From Gammaproteobacteria bacterium (GTDB taxonomy: Bacteria; Pseudomonadota; Gammaproteobacteria; JADZEE01): 64,000 bases of DNA. The first letter of the stretch is position 1. Each line of letters begins with the position of its first letter. The stretch lies in assembly GCA_965225625.1 (NCBI GenBank), contig CBDDBH010000022.1, positions 66,103 through 130,102 of the forward strand. Reading direction: 5' to 3'. This document shows, piece after piece, positions 30,678 through 38,808 of this stretch. The position numbers and the translations under genes are program-made. Under the pieces are notes generated by a model, which searched no databases, was not told the DNA's origin, and was given only the letters and a program-made list of their open reading frames with translations.

Positions 30678-30986
30678 ATCGAAGTCGACCTTTATTCGCC
30701 TGTCTTACCAACTTTTGCAGTGGGTCGAGGGCTATACTTTCAGCATAAGAGAAAGTTCTTACGTAAATAGATACTGGCTCATAAGATGACTAGTTTCGTT
30801 TATATCCTTATCAGCCCAAGTATGCCGGGCTTGGTAAAGATTGGCCGGATAACGAAAAGGCCATCTAAACGCGCTGCCGAGTTCAACTACCGGGGTGTCC
30901 ACATGAGATTAGCGCACCGAACTGGCTTCACTTAAGCACTTGCAACGGTCCAAGTTGATGCGGGCGCCTATAGGCACGTTCGATCC

Positions 30987-31448
30987 ATGCCGCGCATAAC
31001 CAGAACAATCCTGCGCGAACCACTGGTTCACTTCTTTCTGCTGGCCACGTTGCTGTTTGCCGCCGATTACTACTGGTGGGCTAAGCAGAAAGAAAAAATC
31101 ATCGTTGACCAGCGGACTGCCGAATTCCTGGTGAAACAACGAGAAGATATCGCGCTGCGGGAACTGTCGCCCGAGGAACGCCGCCAGGTCATCGAATCTT
31201 ACGTCGAAGATGAGATCCTCTACCGGGAGGCTTACAAGCGTGGCATGGATAAGGGGGACACCCGTATGCGCCGGAACATGATCCTGAAGATGCGCGGCCT
31301 GTTAGTGGGCGAGGTCAGGGAACCGAGCGAACAGCAACTGCGCGCTTTTTTCGACGAGAACACCGACCGGTATAGGCGGCTGGCCACCATAACCGTGGAA
31401 CACTTTTACTATGCCCGACCCGACCGAGGTACCCGAGGGCGTTCTTGA
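30987..31448 (+). CDS. parvulin-type PPIase-like protein, N-terminal membrane-anchored chaperone part; frame breaks before the parvulin domain
   Basis: TM anchor LVHFFLLATLLFAADYYW, then a SurA/PpiD-like helical region ending ...LATITVEHFYY at the parvulin start. Confidence 0.45.
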   Translation: MPRITRTILREPLVHFFLLATLLFAADYYWWAKQKEKIIVDQRTAEFLVKQREDIALRELSPEERRQVIESYVEDEILYREAYKRGMDKGDTRMRRNMILKMRGLLVGEVREPSEQQLRAFFDENTDRYRRLATITVEHFYYARPDRGTRGRS

Positions 31449-31806
31449 GCAGCTTCAAGTGGCGGTAAGCTCTGATGGTTTCGGCGAAGTGCTGCTCGGC
31501 TACGATACCATGCTCCGGGACCTGTCGAACCGGGACCTGAGCGGCATCTTCGGGCCGGACACGGCGCGGCGGATCCTGGAGCTTGGCGACAACGATTGGC
31601 ACGGACCCTTCGATTTTCCCCGCGGCGTGGTGTTCGTACGCGTTGTCGACCGCCAAGCTGCGAAACCCGCCCGTTCCGACTATGTCTGGCAGTATATTGC
31701 GGACGATTGGCGCTTGGCCAAGAGCCGGCAGGCTATCGAAGCGGAAGTCGAGCGGCTCAGCGATCAATATGACGTACAGATTGACGCAGAGGGTCTGTAC
31801 CCTTGA
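31411..31806 (+). CDS. parvulin-like domain continuation (degenerate PpiC rotamase), +1 frame relative to the preceding ORF
   Basis: GPFDFPRGVVFVRVVDRQ resembles the parvulin C-terminus. The ORF overlaps the previous one by 38 nt. Confidence 0.4.
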   Translation: MPDPTEVPEGVLEQLQVAVSSDGFGEVLLGYDTMLRDLSNRDLSGIFGPDTARRILELGDNDWHGPFDFPRGVVFVRVVDRQAAKPARSDYVWQYIADDWRLAKSRQAIEAEVERLSDQYDVQIDAEGLYP

Positions 31807-31815
31807 GGGGTTTCG

Positions 31816-32805
31816 TTGCCATTGTTCGTGCTGGCGGCATTGACGGCAGCGCAGCCGGCCAAGGCCCATGACATCGGCGTGTCGCAAGCCGAGTTGGTCG
31901 AACATGGTGCCAGCCGATATTCACTGCGGGTGCAGGTGGCCCCGTCTTTAGCATTCATGTTCGGCCCACCGCGGTTGCCCGCTCAGTGCCAACCGGACGG
32001 TAACCCACGAGGCATTCAGGGTATCGGCTGGCGCAGTTTCGACTTCCAATGTAACGAGCCATTGACTGCTAATGATGCACTCGTGCTGCCTTGGCAGCGC
32101 GACGGCATTATGCTGACGGCCCGCTGGCTTCACGGTTACGAGTCACGCCAACTGTTCAGCAATAAGGCGGGCGTCATCACCGTGCCGCTGGCGCAACTAC
32201 ACGCCGGCTCCGGTTCCGGGTTCGACTCGGCCCGTCGTTACACCGGGCTGGGTATCGAACACATTCTGCTGGGTATCGACCACTTGCTGTTCGTGTTGGT
32301 ACTGCTCATCATGGTGCAGGGGCTCTGGCCACTCGTTAAAACCATTACGGGTTTCACCGTTGCCCACAGCATTACCTTGGGTCTGGCCACGCTGGGGTTT
32401 ATCAATGTGCCATCCCGGCCGGTCGAAGCCGCCATTGCGCTGAGCATCGCCTTCGTTTGCGCTGAGATCATCTATGCGTACCGGGGTAAGGCCGGATTAA
32501 CCTACCGCCATCCCTGGCTGGTCGCGTTTGCTTTCGGACTGTTGCACGGGCTCGGATTCGCAGGTGCCCTTGCTAAAATTGGCGTGCCTCCCAATGAGAT
32601 ACCGATGGTATTGCTGTTCTTTAATATCGGCGTCGAGATTGGTCAACTCTTATTCGTGGCAGCGGTGTTGGCCGTGATCGGTTTGCGGAACCGCCTGCGA
32701 CTGGATCGATGGCGCCCGGCGCGACTTGTGACGGCTTACGTCATCGGCGTATTAGCGACTTTCTGGTTCGTGGAACGCACGGTAGCTATTTTTCACTCGA
32801 GCTGA
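31816..32805 (+). CDS. HupE/UreJ-family metal (Ni/Co) transporter with N-terminal periplasmic extension
   Basis: Signature HILLGIDHLLFVLVLLI and a second HGLGFAG motif, with 6 TM helices after a ~150 aa N-terminal domain carrying a signal peptide. Confidence 0.7.
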   Translation: MPLFVLAALTAAQPAKAHDIGVSQAELVEHGASRYSLRVQVAPSLAFMFGPPRLPAQCQPDGNPRGIQGIGWRSFDFQCNEPLTANDALVLPWQRDGIMLTARWLHGYESRQLFSNKAGVITVPLAQLHAGSGSGFDSARRYTGLGIEHILLGIDHLLFVLVLLIMVQGLWPLVKTITGFTVAHSITLGLATLGFINVPSRPVEAAIALSIAFVCAEIIYAYRGKAGLTYRHPWLVAFAFGLLHGLGFAGALAKIGVPPNEIPMVLLFFNIGVEIGQLLFVAAVLAVIGLRNRLRLDRWRPARLVTAYVIGVLATFWFVERTVAIFHSS

Positions 32806-33256
32806 CAGCAAGTAACGACAAGTGGCGCGGTGCCCCGCCACTTTTGTTGCTGTTCGGTCTGCTTACCGTACCCCGTGATCCAGAGATTCGGGGTGTATGT
32901 AGTAAGGGTCCGTGATCCCCTTCTTGCGTGCGGCAATACCAGCGAGAGCTGTGCGCATCAACCGGTCCACCAGAATGCCCGTGCTCATATGACGATTCAT
33001 CAAACAGTGGGCTGTACTCAGTGAACTCGATGGCCACGACCTCGTTCTGTATGGGTACGCTGCGCAAAATGCGCATGGCCTGGATACTCGTCAGGCCGCC
33101 AATATCCTGGGACGCGACTGCCGGCGCGTAGGCTGGATCGATACCGTCGATGTCGAATGAGATGAACACCTTCTTGCCTTTGAGTTCCTTTAAGACCCGC
33201 TTGAGAACCTTGTCAAAACCGTCACGCTCGATCTCCGGCATCATGTGATAGCGCAC
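32786..33256 (-). CDS. arginase-family hydrolase, C-terminal third (continuation in another frame)
   Basis: VFISFDIDGIDPAYAP (SxDxDxxDP motif). The corrected frame upstream reads IIKGEDVVQIGLRG, the arginase IQIGIR motif. Confidence 0.6.
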   Translation of the reverse strand: MRYHMMPEIERDGFDKVLKRVLKELKGKKVFISFDIDGIDPAYAPAVASQDIGGLTSIQAMRILRSVPIQNEVVAIEFTEYSPLFDESSYEHGHSGGPVDAHSSRWYCRTQEGDHGPLLHTPRISGSRGTVSRPNSNKSGGAPRHLSLLAVSSSEK

Positions 33257-33281
33257 TTTGTTGTCGCGTATCCATTGAAGG

Positions 33282-34142
33282 TCATATGCAGAAGGGACTA
33301 AACCCCGCAGACCGATCTGGACGACGTCCTCGCCCTTGATGATTCCCCTTTTCTATGGCGCCGCGGACCATGCTGCCGCTGTGGACATAGTTGCCTTGAA
33401 AGGACGGCCAGGCGTCGAAGTGCGCGTCAACGTGCAGCATCGCGAAGTTGCCGGGACCGTATTTGTCTGCGAGCGCCATCAGCACCCCGTACATCTGTAT
33501 GTGCGTGCCGCCCACCGTCATCGGGACCGCATCCGCTGCCAGAATCTCGCCCAGTACGGTACGGATCTCTTCCAGAGTACGCTGATGGTTAGTGTAGTGT
33601 GCGGCGATGTTGCCGTAATCGGCAATCACGAGGTCGACCAGGTATTCCGTGCGTAAGTACTGGTCGGTGCCGAAGCTGTCGGCACCAAATGTCATCCAGT
33701 CCGGTAGAGTCCGCATGACGTTAGCGGCTAGTCGTGCGCCCGGAATAATATGATTTTCAGCGGCCATGCCGACCACGGCCACGTCAACCTTGCCGGCCTT
33801 CAAATCGTCGGTGGTGAACGCCATTGGCGCACCGAAGTAGGTTGGAAATCCGTACAAGGATTGAAAGCCGGTTTGATAACGTTGTGGATTGACCAACCCC
33901 GGTTCGCGCTGCGGATCTTTCGCTGTGTCCCGGCGAGCATTCCAACCAGCGTTGGTCGGATCGTCAGGATCCATGCGATGCACGCCGACGGGGTCATTGG
34001 GATCCTTCCACGGCATCCAGGGATCCGCCTTCTGCTCTTGCGAAAAGGCGCCTGTGCTGGCCAAAAAGCTGAGCGCTGCAGCGAGAGCAGCAAGGCGTAC
34101 TCGAACGGATGACTTAGTTGCGGAGTTTCTTGCTAACGTCAC
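33282..34142 (-). CDS. secreted arginase/agmatinase-family hydrolase, N-terminal two-thirds (frameshifted)
   Basis: Signal peptide, then arginase motifs VPMTVGGTHIQ (GGDHS-like) and HVDAHFD (DAHxD). The reading frame is lost after GAIEKG. Confidence 0.6.
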   Translation of the reverse strand: MTLARNSATKSSVRVRLAALAAALSFLASTGAFSQEQKADPWMPWKDPNDPVGVHRMDPDDPTNAGWNARRDTAKDPQREPGLVNPQRYQTGFQSLYGFPTYFGAPMAFTTDDLKAGKVDVAVVGMAAENHIIPGARLAANVMRTLPDWMTFGADSFGTDQYLRTEYLVDLVIADYGNIAAHYTNHQRTLEEIRTVLGEILAADAVPMTVGGTHIQMYGVLMALADKYGPGNFAMLHVDAHFDAWPSFQGNYVHSGSMVRGAIEKGNHQGRGRRPDRSAGFSPFCI

Positions 34143-34272
34143 GATACATTCTCCTTTTTCGATTTTGGATTTTCGGAAGGTGAATTTTGAGGCGTTGCAC
34201 GGTCATCGTGAACACATAGCGATCAGACCTGCGTGATTAGTGATGTATGTAAGAATGGACAAACCGATGAGT

Positions 34273-34917
34273 TCAGTCTGCCAGCACGAGCGCGAGTGCC
34301 TGCTGACGGAACTGTTCATTAAATTTCTTTTTGTTTGTTGGCCTTGTTTTCTCATTGCCGAAAAGTACGTATAGCCCTTCAATCAGGGCCATCAACAGAT
34401 AGGCCCGCTGGTTAAGCACATTAGGAATCAGCTTTGGATTAACATCGGCGCAGAGTTGCCGGGTAATGTCATAAAACTGGGCGTAAGCATTCTCCCTGCA
34501 CTGAGCGACAAAGGGGTCATGCACGGAGATGGCCCAGACCTGATAAGAGAACTGCCGCGATTCCGCATTGCGAATATCAATCAGTTGGTAGTCCATGCAG
34601 GTCAGGAAACGGGCCTGTGGGTCGGTTGGCGCCTTGCTCAGCGGTTCTCGCCAGACCGTTCGATACGCCTCTAACATATCATCCAGCATCGAGCGGAACA
34701 GGTCATCTTTCGACTCGAAGTAGTAGCTGAGATTACCCAGGCTGATGCCGGCCGCCTGCGCCACATTGCGCAGGGAGAAACTAGGGTAGCCCCGCGTAAT
34801 CAGCAGCTTTCGCGCGACTTTCAGTATCTTTTTCACTCGATGGCGGCCGCGGCTGCGCAGGGCAGTGCCAGTGCGAACGCGGGAGGGGGTGATATCGGTA
34901 TTTGAAGCAGTCTTCAT
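34273..34917 (-). CDS. TetR/AcrR family transcriptional regulator
   Basis: HTH region LRNVAQAAGISLGNLSYYF. Confidence 0.8.
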   Translation of the reverse strand: MKTASNTDITPSRVRTGTALRSRGRHRVKKILKVARKLLITRGYPSFSLRNVAQAAGISLGNLSYYFESKDDLFRSMLDDMLEAYRTVWREPLSKAPTDPQARFLTCMDYQLIDIRNAESRQFSYQVWAISVHDPFVAQCRENAYAQFYDITRQLCADVNPKLIPNVLNQRAYLLMALIEGLYVLFGNEKTRPTNKKKFNEQFRQQALALVLAD

Positions 34918-34990
34918 GTCAAGCGCTAGGCCGTGTTGGTTCAGTTCCTCACGTTATCGCACGAAAAAATTGGCAATTTAGTAACAAATG

Positions 34991-35013
34991 TCCTATAAAT
35001 ATATCATAGGACG
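34991..35013. promoter_or_regulatory. Palindromic operator candidate GTCCTAT-N9-ATAGGAC in the AT-rich divergent TetR/CMD promoter region
   Basis: 7-bp perfect inverted repeat ~75 bp upstream of the TetR start in a ~33% GC intergenic region. TetR regulators bind such palindromes. Confidence 0.4.
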
Positions 35014-35165
35014 TATGTATCTAATAGCAAGACAGGTTGATTTTGGCAATACCGATACATCTTTCCGCGTCTTACGTAGTTTTGCATTGTCTCTAATTAG
35101 AATGTATTTGCACCGAGATATAGTTATTTTGCTATTTCTCGCAAAAAAGTTATCAGAGGGAAGCC

Positions 35166-35768
35166 ATGTCAAATCGAATCAACCCTTTGCCAAGGGAAAC
35201 CAAGCCTGAATGTGAAACTGCTTTTCAAACCTTTGAAAAACGAATGGGCTTTGTGCCAAATAGTGTTTTAACCATGCAGCGCAAGCCCATGTTAGTAAAT
35301 GCCTTGATGGCATTGAGTAACTCGGTTTACGCAGATCCTGAAGCATTGCTACCAAACAGCCTTAAGGCCTGCATGGCACAGATTGCCAGTACGGCAACTG
35401 GATGTCTTTATTGCCAGGCGCACTTTGGCGGTATAGCGGAACTCATGGATACACCTGTAGAAAAGGTTGAAGCCCTATGGGAGTACCAGACCAGCCCGCT
35501 ATTTTCAGAGGCCGAAAGGGCCGCATTCGACTTCGCGGTTGCAGCAGTCCAGATCCCAAATGCAGTCACTGATGAGGATTTTCAGCGATTGCGGCAATTT
35601 TACAGTGAAGATGAAATTGTCGAACTAATGACACCTCTGATGCACACGGCTTTCTTAAACCGGTGGAATGACACAATGGGCACGCCAATAGAAGAATTTG
35701 CCGTTAGTTTTGGGGAGAAGCATCTGCAAAATGCTAAATGGGAAGCTGGCAAACATTCGAGTTTATGA
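35166..35768 (+). CDS. carboxymuconolactone decarboxylase-family (AhpD-like) protein
   Basis: CxxxH motif GCLYCQAH within a CMD fold. Lower GC (about 47%) than its neighbours. Confidence 0.65.
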   Translation: MSNRINPLPRETKPECETAFQTFEKRMGFVPNSVLTMQRKPMLVNALMALSNSVYADPEALLPNSLKACMAQIASTATGCLYCQAHFGGIAELMDTPVEKVEALWEYQTSPLFSEAERAAFDFAVAAVQIPNAVTDEDFQRLRQFYSEDEIVELMTPLMHTAFLNRWNDTMGTPIEEFAVSFGEKHLQNAKWEAGKHSSL

Positions 35769-35917
35769 ATTTTTGAATTGAAAACACTTAGCCAGAAAGC
35801 TTCGAACTGGGCACGAATTACTTTGGTTCTTCAAGTATCCGTTGGCACGCTCTTTCGTCAATTCGCTGCAGCCGTGGAGCCGCTGGTAAGACAGGATTAG
35901 ATTGCCACAACTACAAC

Positions 35918-36970
35918 TTGACAATGGAGGCGAGCATGGCGGCCCATCGCGACGTACTATTCTGCGGCAGCATCGGACTTGAAGACGCCGAGGCGGTATT
36001 TTGCGCCCTTGCGCAAACGGTCGGCGATCGCGCGAAACGCTACCCGGACGGCGAAACTGGCGTCAGGCATTACTGGATATTGTGGCAGCAGCCCGTATTC
36101 GCGGATCACCCGAATTGCGAACTCGGTATGGAGGTTCCCATTACCCGGTGGGGGAACAAGTTCGAAAATCGGCCTTACTATAAGATGCGCGACGGTTTCG
36201 ATCCTGGTGAGCTCGAATTTCCTGCCATTGGCTACGCCAGAGAGGCGATTGCCTCTTACGAAACATTCAAGCGTCTACGCGATGCGGGAACGATCCCTGA
36301 CGGTGTCCGCTTCCAGGTGGCATTGCCGACGCCGACGGCCGTCATCATCTGTTTCATCGTCGAAGAGCAACGGGCGGCATTCGAATCCGCTTACGAGAGG
36401 GCGCTGCAAAAAGAGGTTGCAGCGATGGTGGCGGCCATTCCGCACAAAGACCTCGCTATCCAGTTGGACGTGTGTCATGAAATCCTGGGATACGATGGTG
36501 GGCCGGAGCCGGTGTTCTACGACGACATTCTGGGTGGCACGGTGGAACGTATCGCTCGGATCTCCAGCTGGGTTCCGAACCCGGTCGAGTTCGGGATCCA
36601 TCTTTGCTACGGCGATCCGGGTCACAAGCACATCAAAGAACCAACCGACACCGGCAGTGCGGTACGTTTTTCCAATGCTATCTGCGAAGGTGTAGACCGC
36701 GTGGTGAATTGGATCCATTTACCCGTACCGCGCGAGCGCAATGATGATGACTACTTCGCGCCGTTAGCGGATCTGCGCGTGCCGGCTGAAACCGAGCTGT
36801 ATCTCGGGCTTGTACATTTGACGGGTGGACTCGCCGGGATCCAGGGTCGCATTGCCACAGCGGAGCGCCACACCGGGCAATTCGGTATCGCAACGGAATG
36901 CGGCTTTGGACGCCGCGACTCGGCGACTATTCCTGCGCTGTTGCAATTGCACACGGATGCCGCCGGATGA
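35918..36970 (+). CDS. MetE/UROD-superfamily (cobalamin-independent methionine-synthase C-terminal-like) zinc methyltransferase-fold protein, function unknown
   Basis: Putative Zn ligands in MetE-like order: H-x-C (IHLCYGD), Glu, and a C-terminal Cys in ATECGFGRR, in a 350 aa barrel-sized protein. Confidence 0.45.
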   Translation: MTMEASMAAHRDVLFCGSIGLEDAEAVFCALAQTVGDRAKRYPDGETGVRHYWILWQQPVFADHPNCELGMEVPITRWGNKFENRPYYKMRDGFDPGELEFPAIGYAREAIASYETFKRLRDAGTIPDGVRFQVALPTPTAVIICFIVEEQRAAFESAYERALQKEVAAMVAAIPHKDLAIQLDVCHEILGYDGGPEPVFYDDILGGTVERIARISSWVPNPVEFGIHLCYGDPGHKHIKEPTDTGSAVRFSNAICEGVDRVVNWIHLPVPRERNDDDYFAPLADLRVPAETELYLGLVHLTGGLAGIQGRIATAERHTGQFGIATECGFGRRDSATIPALLQLHTDAAG

Positions 36971-37067
36971 GCACCGGTAGGCGCTGACCCGCTCACCGGC
37001 GATATCGGCTTGAAGCGGGTAAGGGCGAGAGCGAGCATGGCACTAGAACCTAGGGAGACAGATAACG

Positions 37068-37889
37068 ATGCTTGAGGTTTACTATCATGAAGAGGGTGAC
37101 TCGATTTGTTCGAATCGAGTCATGATGACTTTAGTAGACAAGGAGATCGAAGATTGGATACCGCGCAAGATCGTCCTCATGAACCGCGATCAGTTCAAAC
37201 CCGAATACCTGGCACTCAATCCCAAGGCGCAGGTGCCGACGCTGGTTCATGATGGCAAGGTGGTCAGGGAATCCTCGATTATTTGTAATTACCTCGACGA
37301 TTTGAAACCGACGCCGGCGCTTAAACCAACAGATCCGGTTGAACGAGCGCATATGCAGGAATGGATCAAGGATTTAGATGAGTCGGGATATCAGGCAATC
37401 GCGTCCATCAATTTCGTAACTAAGTTCAGACTGGCGATCCCAATAGACAAAATGGAGGAGCGCTGGAAGGAAGTGACCGACATCGACCGTCTGCATCGCC
37501 AGCAATCCTGTGTGCGAGAAGGACTCGACTCGCCTTACGTGCTTCGTGGTATCGGTGCCTGCGACCGGATCCTGGCCAAGGCGGAGAAGACGTTGGTAGA
37601 TGGGCGCCCCTGGATCATGGGAGATCAGTACACATTGGTTGAACCCAACCTCGCGCCGTTCTTCAAAGTTCTGGAGATGCTCCGGCTGCTACCTCTGTGG
37701 TTGGAGGGGCGGCCCCACGTGCAAGCGTGGTGGTCTCGGTTGACGAGCAGAGCGAGCTACGAGGCGCTGGAAGAGTACCCAGGTCAAAGGGAGGACGATG
37801 ATGCACCGCATGCCAAAGCCGGGAGTGCGGTCGCGGATAAGTTCGAAGAGCTTCTGAACCGCTACAGAACCACTATTCCTCAGCTGTAA
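37068..37889 (+). CDS. glutathione S-transferase family protein
   Basis: Thioredoxin-like N-domain (PKAQVPTLVHDGKVVRESSIICNYL) and GST C-domain. Confidence 0.7.
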   Translation: MLEVYYHEEGDSICSNRVMMTLVDKEIEDWIPRKIVLMNRDQFKPEYLALNPKAQVPTLVHDGKVVRESSIICNYLDDLKPTPALKPTDPVERAHMQEWIKDLDESGYQAIASINFVTKFRLAIPIDKMEERWKEVTDIDRLHRQQSCVREGLDSPYVLRGIGACDRILAKAEKTLVDGRPWIMGDQYTLVEPNLAPFFKVLEMLRLLPLWLEGRPHVQAWWSRLTSRASYEALEEYPGQREDDDAPHAKAGSAVADKFEELLNRYRTTIPQL

Positions 37890-38004
37890 AATGTCGAAGT
37901 CGGCACCACCTGCTGCTGCCAAGCTCGTGACCGGCGCCTGACAGGAACCAATACGGTAAGACTCGATTGAACGACCTTCTCTTTTAGTTGGTACGGAGAT
38001 CTAC

Positions 38005-38808
38005 GTGACCTACAAACTTCATCAAACAGACCTCGATGCATTTAGCGATGCTGGCGCCGTTGCGCTTCGGCAGGTAGTTGGCGAGGGGGATTTAACAAAA
38101 CTTGCCGAAGCTATCGAAGACGATATTCGTAACCCGGGTCCTTTCTATCACGGTTATGATTCCGATGAAGGGCGATTCCACGGCAATCTTAGATTGTGGG
38201 AGACTCACGATACGTTTCGTGAAATCTGCTGCAATTCAAATCTACCGGAAATCGCGTCGGCATTTCTTCGGTCAACGAAGATAAACATGTTTTACGACCA
38301 GCTCTTCGTAAAAGAGGCGTCCATGAGTCAACGCACACGCTGGCATAACGATCAGCCGTATTGGCCTGTTCGAGGTTGGCAATTCATGTCGATATGGATT
38401 GCCCTAGACCGCACTACTGCAGACAACGGTCGGGTCGAATTCATACGCGGTTCGCATCGGTGGGATCGCTGGTTCCAACCAGAAGTGTTTGGCAAGACTG
38501 CGGCGATCGACCAGTACGAACGCAATCCGGAGTTCGAAGATATTCCAGATATCGAAGCGGACCGCGACAGCTATGACATCCTATCGTGGGATCTGGAGCC
38601 CGGTGATGTTTACGTGTTCCACGCGTTGACGGTGCATGGCGCGGGTGGCAATGCTCTGACGAATCGCAGACGACGTGGATACACGGTCCGTTACACCGGT
38701 GACGATGTGGTTTACGAGGCGCGGCCGGGTGTCTCCCAGTCGTTGCTATTTGACGAGCTAGAGTCGGGAAGCCCGCTGGACTCGGAGCGCTATCCGGTTG
38801 TGCTGTAG
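38005..38808 (+). CDS. phytanoyl-CoA dioxygenase (PhyH) family Fe(II)/2-oxoglutarate oxygenase
   Basis: HxD...H facial triad (WHNDQPYW ... HALTVHGAG) in a PhyH-like sequence. Confidence 0.75.
   Translation: MTYKLHQTDLDAFSDAGAVALRQVVGEGDLTKLAEAIEDDIRNPGPFYHGYDSDEGRFHGNLRLWETHDTFREICCNSNLPEIASAFLRSTKINMFYDQLFVKEASMSQRTRWHNDQPYWPVRGWQFMSIWIALDRTTADNGRVEFIRGSHRWDRWFQPEVFGKTAAIDQYERNPEFEDIPDIEADRDSYDILSWDLEPGDVYVFHALTVHGAGGNALTNRRRRGYTVRYTGDDVVYEARPGVSQSLLFDELESGSPLDSERYPVVL

Noticed and set aside
30850-30900. tRNA-like T-arm motif (GAGTTCAACTACCGG) in the lower-GC scar region, possibly an att-site remnant
   Set aside because: No complementary 5' acceptor strand (GGACACC) within 80 nt and no cloverleaf can be drawn. 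Too weak to call a tRNA or fragment without a search tool.
35979-36695. 238-aa alternative-frame ORF within the MetE-like gene
   Set aside because: Arg/Ser-rich low-complexity translation typical of an off-frame reading of GC-rich DNA.
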